The position numbers were made by a program, and so were the translations under genes. A model generated the notes under the pieces. That model did not search any database. It was not told where the DNA came from and saw nothing but the letters and a program-made list of their open reading frames with translations. A stretch of DNA of 63,808 nucleotides, filler included, from Nemertoderma westbladi (Eukaryota > Animalia > Xenacoelomorpha): NCBI GenBank assembly GCA_032718475.1. It is 3 parts of 3 records of this genome, joined end to end, with 100 filler letters (N's around TTAATTAATTAA, not from the genome) between each part and the next. Parts side by side here need not be neighbours in the genome. Positions count along the whole stretch, not along the records: positions 25,155 to 56,336 come from JAUCBJ010005694.1; 2 more parts are not named here. One strand, 5' to 3'. Positions 35,155 through 48,989 of the stretch are shown here, in pieces (within the stretch, counting starts at the first letter, position 1; the number at the start of each line of letters is the position of its first letter).

Positions 35155-38100
35155 ATGAGCATGAACTCGAACCATCTTGAACCGAAATACACTGCTGTAT
35201 GTTTGTATAATGCTCGATCCATTAATAACAAAGCGGCAATTATTAAAGATCACATTGTAGATGATAGAATAGACATCCTTGCGATAACGGAAGCGTGGTT
35301 AAAGGGTGATGAGAGCGATAACCAAGTAACAAACGAAATATGTCCTAAAGGGTACGTTATAGAACACAATCCTAGAACAACCACGAGAGGTGGAGGAGTA
35401 GCTTGTGTTTTCAAACGGTGTCTCAAATTAAAAACGTGTGCCGCTAGTGAGTTTGTGTATTCTACATTTGAATATATTGAATTAACATTCACCCAACTTG
35501 GATCTGTTATTAGGCTTATTATATTGTACCGCACCTGCCCTTCGCCTAAAAACGGACTCACTGCAGCATTATTCTTTGAACAATTCGCTGAGTTTCTGCA
35601 GCACATTATAGTTCTTCCGGGTAGAATACTATTATTGGGTGATTTTAACTTTCATGTTGATGTCTGCGATAACAAGGATGCCGCCGAGTTTCTTGACATT
35701 TTAAATTGCTTTGGATTGGTACAGTTAGTAAATCAACCAACCCACATAAAGGGCCATACACTAGATCTGTTGCTAGTACACACTGACGACCAGAATATCG
35801 TTTGCAACGTTTTTGTACGAAATATAGGTTTATCCGACCACTTTGCAGTCTACTTTAACTTGAATTTCACTAAACCAGCCGATATATCACAGACAATAAG
35901 TTACCGAAATATAAGTAAAATAAACGGTAATCTGTTTTTGGAGGATTTAAAACATTCACCAGTATGCGACTCTCCTTCTGGTGATATTAATAGAGTTATT
36001 AAAATGTATAATGATAACCTAATGAACATACTCGATAAACACGCCCCATTACAAACAAAAACTGTTTCCATGAGGCCGAAGGCAAATTGGTACACTGATG
36101 AGATTAACGACGCAAAAAGAAAACGCAGAAGATTGGAGTGCCGATATCGAAAGACGAATATCTGTGCTGATCGTATCGCCTATCGCCTACAGTGTACGGT
36201 GGTTGCCAATACCATAGCGTCAGCAAAAGAGACATATTATAGTAACATTATAAAGAATAATGCAGGTGATCAACGAAAACTATTTTCAGTGGCTGCCAAA
36301 ATACTTTATCGTAAAAACAAAAGTACATTGCCTTCACACGAGGATGATGAAAAGTTGGCGAACAGGTTTATGGAATTCTGAATTGAATTGAACTGAATTG
36401 GGCATTCCTACGGGGGGTGATACTGGACTGGGCGCTCCTACAGGGGAATTATCCGACCAGGGCGTTCCTACAGGGGGAGCATCTGACCTGGGCATTCCTA
36501 CAGGGGGTGCTGCTGGACTGGGTGTTTCTACGGGGGGTGCAACTGGACTGGGCGTTCCTACGGGGGGCTCATCTGAACTGGGCATTCCTATTGGGGGACC
36601 ATCTGACCTGGGCATTCTTACGGGTGAAGCATCGGATCTGGGTGTTCCTACAGGGGGCGCTAGTGAACTGGGCGTTCCTATGGGGGGCGCAACCAACCTG
36701 GGCATTCCTACGGGGGGTGTTACTGGACTGGGCACTCCTATGGGGGGGGGGGCTACTGAACTGGGCATTCATACGGGGGCCGCTACGGGACTGGGCATTC
36801 CTACGGGGTGCGCAACTAACCTAGGCATTCCTACGGGGGGCACTACGGGACTGGGCGTTCCTACCGGTATGGGGGGCGCAACCAACGGTAAAGGAAACAA
36901 TATTCCCAAATTGGAACACTTTAATAAAATAATAATGGATGAGGCAGAAAAGCTAATAAAGAACTCAAAATCTAAATCTAGTACCATGGATCCGATTCCC
37001 ACGCAATTAGTAAAACATTCAATAAAATTGTTGCTACCAGTGATTATGTTAATTATTAATTTATCAATTACAACTGCTACTGTGCCAACTCTATTCAAGG
37101 AAGCTGTGTTAACACCAGTCATAAAGAAAGCACGATTAAACCCTGAGCTACTTAGGAACTTTAGGCCGGTGTCTAATCTGATATATTTAGCAAAGTTAAC
37201 AGAAAGGGTGATTGCAAACCAGCTGATGACTCATATGAACATAAATAAATTGTATGAACCTTTACAGAGCGCGTACAGACCCTTACACGGAACGGAGACC
37301 GCGTTGCTTAAGGTAAGCGACGACATATTACGCAAAATCGATTCGGGATCGGGAGTACTTCTCGTCTTATTAGACCTTAGTGCTGCCTTCGACACGGTCG
37401 ACCACGTTAAACTGTTGGACACTCTAGATCGAGAAATCGGGGTTGAGGGAATTGCCCTGGACTGGTTCAGATCGTACTTGTCGAATAGGTCACAACAGGT
37501 TCGCATTAATGCAAAATATTCGAACCGGTTGGATTTGCTGTACGGGCTGCCACAAGGATCGGTACTTGGGCCTATATTATTTTCGATATACACTCGTTCG
37601 CTTTCAAATGTTATTCGCAACCACGGCCTCTCGTATCATTTGTACGCGGACGATACACAGCTATACATTAGTTTTAAACCTATTAATTCGTCCGTCGCTG
37701 TTGAGGTGACTGAACGTTGCGTGGCCGATGTAAAGAAGTGGATGGAAGATAATTTATTGAAAATGAACTCAGATAAAACGGAGATTATCCTTCTGCAGTC
37801 CCGTTTCGGTAAACAACTAACGCCCCCTAACATACAAATAGGGGATGACCTGATCAGCTGCAGTGACAAGGCACGTAATATAGGTTTCATCGTGGATTCA
37901 AATCTGACATACAGCAATCAAATAAGTACAACGGTCCGAGATGCATTTCTTCATCTTCGAAGTTTGGCTAAAATTAAACGGTACCTCAGCAGACATGACC
38001 TTGAAATCTTAATTCACGCCTTTGTCACAAACAAACTCGACAGCAACAACTCATTATATTATGGATTACCCTCGAAGTCAATCAAAAAATTACAATATGT

Positions 38101-38485
38101 ACAGAATTCCGCAGCGCGACTGCTAGAGGGCGTTAAGAAACAAGAGCACATCACTCCAGTCCTTAAACGTTTGCATTGGTTACCTGTAAATTTACGGATC
38201 AAATTTAAAATAGCTTTGTTGACATTCAAGTGTTTACATGGTGCTGCTCCTGCCTACATGACCCATTTAATAACTCCCTATGTACCTCCACGACAATTAC
38301 GGTCTGCTGATAAGGGACTTCTATTTGTAATGCAGTTTTACTTGCATAATTACGGGAGACGGGCGTTCTCAATTGCGGCACCAACAATCTGGAACTCCCT
38401 CCCGCAAGAAGTTAGAGATGCCACGACGCTGACTCTGTTTAAATCGCGACTCAAAACTCACCTGTACAAAGAGGAATATTGCTGA
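35155..38485 (+). pseudogene. LINE ORF2: APE endonuclease (35155-36381) and reverse transcriptase (to 38485), interrupted by a stop/frameshift at a 30-bp repeat array
   Basis: NARSI, ITEAWL, RGGGV, LLGDFNFH, GHTLDL, SDHF; NFRPVSNL, LDLSAAFDTVDH, GLPQGSVLGP, YADDTQLY, HITPVLKRLHWLP, WNSLP. Confidence 0.93.
36397..36887 (+). repeat. 30-bp G-rich minisatellite (~16 units) inside LINE ORF2, in frame with RT
   Basis: Unit ~CTGGGCATTCCTACGGGGGGTGCTACTGGA translating as LGIPTGGATG-like decapeptides. Confidence 0.93.
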
Positions 38486-39210
38486 TTTTTATTTAATATT
38501 GTTCAAACTTTTTAGTTATTAATTAATTCTCTGTACGTAGCCTTTTTAGTTGGTTTCAAATAGTTTTTAAGCGCCTTGAAATATGTTCAGAAAGGCGCTA
38601 TATAAATATATATTATTATTATTATTATTATTTGGCTTCTATAATATTCCTGAGTTCCTCAACACTAATTGCTGGCCCACCCCAGGATTTACACTGACAT
38701 AATAATTTATCAGTATAGTTACTGATGTTTCTGGCTTTTTTAATATTATCTTCAATTTTGAGTTTATGAAGTTTCTTCTGATTTTCCGTCCACATAACTT
38801 CGCGATCAGCCATGAGCTTTACAATTGTGTTTGATACTTTCTCAGCTAAATTATCAAATGTCACTTTATGCAACACCATATCGTTTCGTAAGGACTTTGC
38901 TTTAAATTTATGATTTCGACTTTTGGCTACAACTGCTCTATGATCAAAAACAGCAAGTTCGCGCTCACTTATTATATTACTCTTTTCCAGATCTTTCTTT
39001 TCTTCTGCAGTGAGCTTAAACACTGCCGTAGCCCTAGGCTGAGCACTACCATGTGTTCCAAATCCGTACTCCCGACCACATTGCAACTCAATTGTTTTGG
39101 CAGCATCATGGCACATTTCTCTAAGTATTTCAGTTTCAACCTCTGATGTAGGCGTTTCAATATTAACATATTAACATGGTACTACATGCTGTAGTACCCT
39201 TTTTCCATTA

Positions 39211-39352
39211 TTGTACTCTTGGACCTGTTGTACTCTTTGACTTGTTGTACTCTTTGACCTGTTGTACTCTTTGACCTGTTGTACTCTTTGACCTGTTGTA
39301 CCCTTCTTCCATTTTTGTACTCTTTGACTGTTGTACCCATTGACTCGGAATC
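39211..39352. repeat. 17-bp tandem repeat (~6 copies), probably a transposon subterminal array
   Basis: Unit GTTGTACTCTTTGACCT. Confidence 0.8.
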
Positions 39353-40079
39353 AACTTGGATCGAAAGTCATCAAAGGATCGAAAGTTATTCGAATTCGTA
39401 ATTAACCTCTGCACATAATTAATTATAATAATTCACTGGATACTATTACCGATTACATTGCCTAATCCCATAACAACGTATCTAATCTACCTATCATATT
39501 TTATATGCGAAGCCTTAGAACACTCATTCATTACCTGTCACTGCATTTTTATGACACCCTAGTGTCTGTCTAGTTGTTTTGCATTTCATAAATAGGCCGC
39601 ACACTGACACGTTAATTACATTTTTCTAAGGACTTGCTTCTTGAATGCAGGGCAAGGTACAACACAGGCCGACACAAATATTATGAATGAAGAATATATA
39701 TCTTTACCCATATAGAGTCAAAGCAAATGTTAAAGTAAAGAGATGAATTGAATGTAAAGCAATGCAAGTAAAGCTAGGCTTAGCTCGTTCGGTCATCGCG
39801 ATTAAAATATTCAATTGAGTTTATTTCGAATACCTTCGCTCCCCAAACAGTTGAACATACAAATCCGCGATTTGGAATCCCAGCCTCAATAAAATGTGCA
39901 TTAGAACGGGTCCAGTGAGATCACCGTAGGCTAATTCTCAAAATAAAATTGGGCAGATACCTAATGTGGATGTACAGTTTTACAGTAATGTAATGCGGTA
40001 AATAATCGAGTGGGGGCCGATCCCCCAACCCCCCCCCCCCCCCCCCCCCAGTGCTAATGGGATTAAAGGTACTTTTCCT

Positions 40080-41650
40080 CAATGAGGCAGAGGAGTCTTG
40101 GTTGCTCTATGGCAGCCCGTCCTGGGCTGTAACTGCTGAAGACACCATTTCCCTTGGTGGTAAATATACCAGGATGCTGTGAAGTGTGCACAACTTTGAC
40201 TGTGATTCACACAAAAGCAATGAGGTATTATATAACTATGGAAGAATCTCATTGCCTCGAGCCAGCATCACCCTGCAGAGATACATTCTCTAGCTTGCTG
40301 GGCAGTGTTTCTGCTGATAAAATCAACATGTAAATAATCTTTTACTGTTGCAGCCTATTGTAGTGTGGAAGATCTCCCGTGGTGGTGAACAGGCATTCCT
40401 TGACTTAACGAGCCTAAAAGATTCTCCCATTCATTTAGATAATATCAAGCCATTCAAAATTACTACGCTATCTAGCGGCCTTCCCTAAAAAGTATAAGCT
40501 TTAGATGCGGTTTCTTCGGTTGCCCAATATCGTCAGCTTGGAGGAAGGGGACTTACCGGCTGCGTCAATAGGGTCAACCACATGTAATATCATTTATGTA
40601 AATAGTTAGTTATATACAGAATATTATGATTCTTGGAGCTGCAATCATATAATCATACAGCTGTTGTCGTGACAATGGCATATAAGTCCAGAACTATGAA
40701 ATATTACATCGATTACTGGATACTGTGGATCGGTTTATTGAGCGGTTTGTTAGAATTTTCTCATTCGGAAGTAAATGAGACCGTTATCATCCAAATTATA
40801 TAATACCAAAAAATATTTAGAAACAGGGGACATCACTTGAACAACTCCAGCGAACCATTAATAGGATGGTCAATCATAAAGCAATTAGAATGGACTAAAT
40901 CCCTGCAGATGTTTGGAAAACAGGAAAGCAGTGGTAAACATACCATTATTATATGTTTGCAAGGGGAAAAGCCACCACCAATTTGGACTAAAGGTCAACT
41001 AAATCTTATCTCCAAGAAAGGAGACTTTTTGCTATTAACAAACTACAGTATGGTGGGGTCAATCTCCTTGTGGTTGTTCCCAAAATATACAACAAAATGA
41101 TTCTACATAGAATTACGCCTCACATAGACAAACTGGTGTGTAAGAGCCAAACGGATTTCGGCCAAATGGATTAACATTGCTCAGATACTTGCACTACGGA
41201 GACTGATTGAAGGAATTAAGTCAAAGAATCTCCCCGCAGTCATGACATTTGTGGACTTCAAGAAAGCTTTCAACTCCATCCATGTAGGTAAGATGCTGTA
41301 AATCCTAAGAGCTTATTGAATACCAGAAGTAATTGTAGACTATATGGTGAATCTGAGTTCTTCTCATTCCTGGCTGGCGTACTGCAAGGTGATAGATTGG
41401 CGCCATTACGCAAGGATCCGTAATGGATTTCGCAATGAGGACGGCCCCAAAGTGAGAAGAGATGATCTTGGTTCACAATACAAGAATATAGAAGCAGCAA
41501 ATATCCGGCAACAACAGTCACAGACACTGACGTGCGGATAAAATCGCCCTGCTTTCTACACTAGCTTCTAATGAATAAAGTGGAGGGGGTAGCTGGGAGG
41601 TTGGATTTCTTACAAATGCTACCAAGACCGAATTCATGACTTATAATTTC
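40080..41650 (+). mobile_element. Degenerate RTE-clade LINE fragments (3' piece ~40080-40350; RT piece ~40830-41650)
   Basis: Broken motifs LLYGSPSW, PPIWTKG..ISKKGD, QNGFRP, QILALRRLIEG, FVDFKKAF, GVLQGD. Confidence 0.75.
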
Positions 41651-43356
41651 TATATAAATATATGTATATTTATAATCTTGGATTTAACGAAATATTTTTT
41701 TAACAGACCAATATCCTGCAAGTAAAATTAATTGGAAACAGAGAAATAGCATGTTCTTATCTATTCAACCGTAAGTAGTCATGTTATTTAAGCAGGGAAA
41801 CGGAGTGCAACCCTGTTTAAATACTGTAAGTAAAATTAATGTACTCGGTGTGAAAAATTATTTGATTACATTTTTGCATATGTGTTTCGCCGGGATTTGG
41901 CTCATCAGCTACACTAACCCGTGCAGGACAAATGTTAATCTAACTAACTACACCTAAAACCAGCAAAGCACACACACATACATACAGTCGAAATAGCATT
42001 GCACCCAGATCCACTATGCAATCATTCCTTAGCAACACTAAATGGGATAATTTGTCCAGGGCATGGTTGTTAAATAACAAAATAAAGTAATAGGAACGCA
42101 TTTTAAACAACCATGTTCAGCGTGATCCGGTATCTTGAATATAATCTTGGGTTGAACGAAATATTTGACAGACCAACATAAGAAAGATAAAGTAGCTGAC
42201 GCGCGGTGGGGCTGAACCAACTCTATAAAATAAACATGTCCAGACTAAATGATTTAATTTTTTGGTACGCCCGCTGATTCCAAAAATGATATTCTCAAAA
42301 TCTTCTGTCAGTGTCTTTTTCTTAAATAGTACTAAATAAATTAGTAATACTATTTATAATATTGCTCTATATTATTCTAAAATAATATTAAATATATTAA
42401 TATTATATTAGCAGAACTGGCTAATATACTCAATTGTAGTGAATATCAACTTAACTTATTCCTATTGCACTGATATTAGTATCTTTCGAACCGCAATGGT
42501 CGATTTAGTGGGTGTTGACATCATCGAAACAACGCTAGAGTTATTGCTTCTCGAGATATCGGTCAAAATCTAAGCGCTGACTCACATAACTTCAGCATTT
42601 CAATATCAACATGATGAGCATCTAGGCGTTCGGGAGTCATCTTCGTTGGGTGCGGCCCCACCCCCCCCCCCCCCCCCCCCCCCAACCAAACAATATTCAA
42701 CTATTAATCTGTCGACCGCTAGGGGAAGAGTGACTAGGTCCACTAATTGTACCTCTACCCGAAAGCTTATCTTTACTTCAAAACACGAAAATTGCCATAG
42801 ACTCAATGATGAATAGCAACACCGTCCAGCTATTGTACTGTATAGTGAGGCCTAGTAATGAAAATCACATTTATTTTATTTTTGGGATTTACTCTCTCAG
42901 ACTGAAAGCAACGGTAGAAGGGACCCAACAACACTACACAGGAATGATCTGTTTTAGGTTACTAGCTGTACTGTTTAAAGGCAAATCAGGTGAATGATTT
43001 TTATTAAAATATCTTGTTGGCTTAACGAAAGGGAAAGTATAATATATTAGAGGGCCTAGTAATGCTATTCAATATATAGAGGGCCTAGAAACCTAGAAGT
43101 ATTTTGATTGCCAAATTTACTAAAGATGTAGACTTTAGCTTTAAGATGGCCATTTTCATCTTAACACTATAATTCCTATTAGCATAGCAATGGGCAATAC
43201 TGTCTGTTTATCAATAAGCTGTTTGTCTACTGTATGGACAGTCTTCTTATAGCCAGCTTGCTGGTTTCCTATTTGGGAATGGAAACCGCCTGGAAGGGTT
43301 TCATTTCTATTGTCCGAGCTCACTCGACTTAGCAACTTCGCCATTATAGATGGTTA

Positions 43357-44256
43357 CGTCGCGTTTCGGCAACTGTCACGTTTAGGCAACTCAAATTCGC
43401 GCTTCGGCACCTGAATAATTACGTTTCACGTTTCACGTGTTTCGGCAACTCGTAGTTGCATTTCAGCTAACTGAAGTTGCGTTTCGGCAACTAGGTCACA
43501 AACCCTCGTATGTAATGTAGCTGTGACTACAGTACATTCATTATGTAAGTAAATTATAAATGATGACAAGTTTAAAAGTTAGTTATAGTTATTGACGGCA
43601 GAGTTGTTAATTGGTGATTTATATGTGTACATTGCCGGTTTGCACATATGGCAGAGATAAAATATGATTTTGTGGTCTGATTGATAAAGATGGGATTTTT
43701 TCCTCTATAATTAGAACTAATCATTGTATGCTCTCCATTTTGGGCGCAAACTGATCCTGAGATATGTCGGATTCTAAATTCTATCTACTGAGTCGAACGC
43801 CAGCTGAAAAACCAAAATTGAAATGGGGAATAGATAAACAGTACTGTGTGAATTAATATCAGATTGAATTAATACACTTTATCATATATCGAATAATATG
43901 TAGATAATATATGGAATTAATAGCATCAGTTTCTATATAACTCGAAGTAGTGTTGGAGTAGGCGTGGGTAAAATAATGTAGCATGGAAATGAATAATGGG
44001 AAACGTAATGAGGCAAAGGTAATAAATAATACTGATTTGCTCTGTCCTCTGTTGATACAATGCGATGGTGACGTTGAGATTCCACCTATCTCTATACTGT
44101 AGGCTCTATACAGTATCCAGTTGGCCTTTGTTTACCAGTTGCCGTCTATCAGTTGTCGAAACGCATCTATCAGTTTGCCTAAGCGCATCCTGTTAACAGT
44201 TGCCGAAATGCAACTATGAGTTGCCGAAATGCAACTATCAGTTGCCGAAACGCGAC
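43357..44256. mobile_element. Non-autonomous DNA transposon / MITE with inverted ends and subterminal repeats
   Basis: GTCGCGTTTCGGCAACTG at left and CAGTTGCCGAAACGCGAC at right (18-bp inverted match); multiple TTCGGCAAC / GTTGCCGAA copies inward; exact termini uncertain. Confidence 0.65.
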
Positions 44257-45348
44257 ACCACCTTATAGATACCGTACTTTAGGATCGGCCAGTAAAAATA
44301 TGTGATTACGCTCCTTTGTAATGTGTTATGTATCTTAGGAAGTTATTGATAAACTTGTCTCAAATTGGCGCCTTCATCTAAACGATTTCCATGATTCATG
44401 TGTTGCACAGAGTCCACAGCACAATGGACTCTGTTTGTAATAATGATATTTGAATATCACAAAGAATGAAGCATATTTTGCTAATATAAGTCGGGTGGTA
44501 GGTAGCCTACTGTTTGTAGCCAAGATGAATATTTTTATTGATGACATATTGTTATTCTCATTGTCATAGTTCCTGCAAATTTCTGGTGTTGTGACAGATT
44601 GTAAGAAATTCGTATGTGATCGATTTACTGAGATTGGTGGTTTTGTTATGTTTTGTTATCTCAGCACCTCAGCCTTATACCCTCTGCGGTAATGCTATGG
44701 GATGGATTCCTGGAAGGCAAATTCTATCTATAAGGATACGGAATTGCAATAATACACCAGTTGTATACAAAATTACAACGATGAAACGATCGTTACGTTT
44801 CGTCATATACGACGTCCATGGCTGCGGTTAAGGTATTTAATTTATGAATATTTTGATTCTATTTAGGTTATTAATCAATAATTGATATTTCCGGAGAATA
44901 TAAGAGATCAGGGCCCTAGTTTCTCTCCATAATTGAACTGCTTTATTGTATTGGCAACCATTTATTTCATCAACATATTACATTAACCCGGCATGGTTTA
45001 TAATGCTCTGGGATATTTATTTTGATATGGAATCGCAAGCTGTGCCCATCCAACTGAACTCCAACTTAATGAACTAGCCTACGTCAAACTATAATTATGG
45101 TCAATCATTTAATTTCAGTCATTAAAGCAAAATTTATCTTATTTTTATTTTATATAAATAGTTTCGCCTTATGTTCAACATGAGACTTATAAACGATACG
45201 AATACAAATAGATCATTATTATAGTAATAATTGTTGTTAATTATGATTTGTATATCAATTATAGTTTGTTCATACCATGACTATGATCTGATTATCTTAT
45301 AGCAGTACAGATCTTTGTACAACCAGATTATACCGGTACTTTTCAACA

Positions 45349-45975
45349 GTCGATATTTTTACTCTCGACATTTTTCAAAACTCGATATTTTTACTCTCAA
45401 TATTTTTACACTCGATATTTTTTCTCTCGATATTTTTACTCTCGATATTTTTACTCTCGATATTTTTACTCTCGATATTTTTACTCTCGATATTTTTAAT
45501 CTCGATATTTTTACTCTCGATATTTTTACTGTCGATATTTTTTCTCTCGATATTTTTACTCTCGACGTTTTTTCAAAACTCGATATTTTTACTCTCGATA
45601 TTTTTACTCTCGATATTTTTACTCTCGATATTTTTTCTCTCGATATTTTTACTCTCGACGTTTTTTCAAAACTCGATATTTTTACTCTCGATATTTTTTC
45701 TCTCGATATTTTTTCTCTCGATATTTTTACTCTCGATATTTTTACACTCGATATTTTTTCTCTCGATATTTTTACTCTCGATATTTTTACTCTTGATATA
45801 CAGTATTTACTCTCGATATTTTTACTCTTGATATACAGTATTTACTCTCGATATTTTTACTCTTGATATACAGTATTTACTCTCGATATTTTTACTCTTG
45901 ATATACAGTATTTACTCTCGATATTTTTACTCTTGATATTTTTACTCTTGTTATTGTTCATGTCTCGATATTTTT
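45349..45975. repeat. 15-bp minisatellite (roughly 35-40 units)
   Basis: Unit CTCGATATTTTTACT with variants, later units carrying TACAGTA. Confidence 0.95.
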
Positions 45976-47643
45976 CAATAAAACCAGTAGTACGCTATTG
46001 GAGCGCTGAAGAGTATCTTAAGATGATATCTATATATTATCTATATAAACATGGGATTACTTTATGGACAGATGAGAATGTACTGACACTGGACACTGGC
46101 CTGGAAGATTCGAATGATCTAGCAAAACTCATGGATGATAGGGAGTTGTGCGCAATTTATGTCGACAAGCTGGTACTGGTACAGTATTCTTAATATATAT
46201 GTAATATATATACGCAGTAGTGCAGCATGCGGATAGAAGTGGTAGTAGTGTGAGACTGATTAGAAATCTCTATGAGAGGGGCGATAACGCTTTATGCAAC
46301 GGTTATAAGACTTTATAAGAAGTGTGAGGAAGATGGGAACACGTTATGCGGCGGGTGAGATCGATTTATAAGACAGGTTAGAATACTTTTTGACACGGTT
46401 TGAAACGCTTTATAAGGCGGTGACAACGCTTTAATAGACAGGTTGGAACGTTTTATTGGGCAGAAGAGAACGGTTTATAAGACGGATGAAGATGCTTTGA
46501 GTCAAATGAGAACTCCATATGAGAATTATAAGACCCAAAGCGACCACAAAATTTTGCTTTATGGGCCTACTCTTCCTTCAGAAAGGAAATACTTAATCTC
46601 AATAAAAGTTCCTTCATTATTGTAGTTGTATCGGTAAAAGCTCTCATAAAGTTTCTTGTGTATAAATAGTTCACATTCCCAAGAGGAATCTTTTTGTGAA
46701 CCCATATTTAAATGGGTAGCGGGAGCTGCAAGTAATTAACTATTCCACGAGGCTATTTATTCGATTTCTCCTACTGTAGATCCAAGATTAACCATCCAAC
46801 TGGGATATTTGTCGATCTAGCTTAGCTGCCAGCTTATCGACCTGATCTCTCCATGGCAATATGCTCAATTAATACTCTGTATCCTTTGTGTAATCAATAA
46901 TAATTGGCTGCCACTTCCATTGAGTATAAAAGTTTGGGGATGCAGTTCTGAGCTGTTGGTGTTGTAGATGAGAAATGTAGCCAACCCGCTATGGACTGTA
47001 ACCCCCCCAATCAGATGGATTGTAGCCATTTAACCATCCCATTGGCAGTTCCCATAGTGGCAGCTCCCCTTTTGGGACGTTCCATCGAAAAGTAGGATTT
47101 TGCCCCAGTAACCTGGATACGGCATGTTCTTGCTGAACCAACCAAACAGGGCTTATTGTTGACAGAAAATGTGTTTAAATATTTATAACTTTGCGTTGTT
47201 TTAACGCTTTCCTAATTCTACGCATCATAATCAAATTCAATGAATATTTTAACGGCTAGGTTCTGTTAATAATTGAGCTTCAGTGTCATAACAACATTCT
47301 GTGCATCATGTACAAATTAGTAGTTTGGGCCCGAACTATATATAACATTATATATAACTTTAAATCAGCTGTAAAAAAATAAAATCAACTGAATTGAATT
47401 TCAACCCAGAAGCTTTGATTTTAGATGTTGATTATTTGTAGTGGAATGATAAATAATACTATTTTTATTTAGGCCTTTTCCGCTTAGTAATTATTTAAAT
47501 GTTCCTGCACTTTACTGAGTACACTTATTTAATAGCGGCAATTTCGACTCTGAGGTTCATTATAATATTAAACCATGATGTGATTTAACTAAAGGTTTAA
47601 AATGTAAGTATATAATGTCAACTCCGCGATTCCTAGTGCAATA

Positions 47644-47832
47644 ATGTCGTCTAACAATGGAGAATATCCTATCACACGTCCTGTACACAACTCCTCGAAC
47701 GGCTCACCCCAACAGACGAATTTTTACCCTTCTCAGCAACCTGGAGGAACCCCCACTATGCACGGCAACCCAATGGCATACTCCGGGCAACAGCTACATG
47801 GTTTGGGCATGAATTTCTCTCAGTTACCACAG
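47644..47832 (+). CDS. PLSCR: Phospholipid scramblase, putative first coding exon (Pro/Gln-rich N-terminus)
   Basis: ATG ORF MSSNNGEYPITRPV...SQLPQ ending at CAG|GTACGT, phase 0, compatible with next exon. Confidence 0.6.
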
Positions 47833-48989
47833 GTACGTTAAACTGTAAGTTTTGTTGGTTTTAACTGATAATATCTATTGTTAAAAATTATTCGGCTTAG
47901 CAAAATAAGTTTTATTTTACTGAAAGTAAAACACGACAGTTTTTTTTCCTAATTGCCACATAAATTATTTGAATATTGAGTACGATTACTTCAGCAAATG
48001 GGTCCAATCTGTACAATTTGCCCACATGCAATCTTCCGTGAGCAACATTCGCCCTCTAATTATTAAATAAGAGAAATGAGCTGGTTGCAAAGACATGCGA
48101 TTAAATTGTAAATATGGCGAATGTTTCTCGTGGGCAAAACCTTCGCTTTGCTCTGTTTTACACGTTCCTGGGGCCATCGAGCAGGACGAGGGTCAGTTAT
48201 TAGATACAGATTAAAATTGAGCAATTCTATCCCAAAATCGGTACTTAAGAAATTTAAGTAAATAATTAAGAAAATTTAACCAAACTTTTACTTAAAAAAA
48301 AAACTTTCGCATTGGCAGCTTGGCATTGATGTCATAGAAGTCCACAGTCAAATTACTCAAAAAATTCAATGCATTCTTCAGTCCTCGGGTCTCGCTCATT
48401 GGTTAGTCCAGTTTGCCCGTAGCGCTAGCGCAGTAGTGATACCAAAAGTCGAGGTCGCCAACAACACTGCGACAGACAGAGGCGGTGGCCTTGATGGCGA
48501 GTTGTTTGAGTACCGGTATAATTAAAAAACGTTGCTGGGTATTGCAGTATTGGGCTGTTGGGGTACCTAGTGCAGTAGTGGATACCGGAACATTGAATAA
48601 AGGTCAGCTGGTACAACCTGACAATATGTCAGTCTGTCTTAAGTCCGCACTGACAGACTGACAACCAGCCTAGAAAGCTAGGTCTACCACATACAGCAAC
48701 AGCAGTGAGCAGTACCGGTACTGAGTACAGGCATCTCATGGTACCGGTGTCGTACTCTGAACTCTGCAATCTGGAAATGCTGGAATGATTGAAAGTGAAA
48801 TAAGCCTACCACACTTCCCAAGGCAGCAAGGCCACATTATTGCTGCTGCATTGTGCCCATATTGCTGAATTTCAAACCCACCTGATATATCCTGCAGTCT
48901 CCTAGCAACCAGCTGATGTCAAGCCTAATACGTTTTGGATAGATAAATTTATTATAACTGCAAGACAGATACACAGATGCTGCACGAAG

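Larger units (their letters stand above)
34150..38630 (+). mobile_element. L2-type (CR1/L2 group) LINE, 5'-truncated, with TTTGG target-site duplication
   Basis: TTTGG at 34145-34149 and 38631-38635; 3' stem-loop AGCGCCTT...AAGGCGCT-ATATAAAT then (ATT)n tail; ORF1 plus APE-RT ORF2. Confidence 0.93.
33587..39170 (-). pseudogene. Transposase-like ORF (C-terminal part) split by the LINE insertion; pieces ~38631-39170 and 33587-34149
   Basis: Removing the LINE and one TTTGG restores ...EELRNIIEAK-PDIAEVIVRAELAYYRDTH...LFKLNK in frame; SNIISERELAVFD resembles the TN..SER.F motif of hAT-like C-terminal domains; family assignment is inference. Confidence 0.6.

Noticed and set aside
45315-45866. 183-aa LDIFT pentapeptide-repeat protein
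   Set aside because: Translation of a 15-bp minisatellite; frame is broken by variant units
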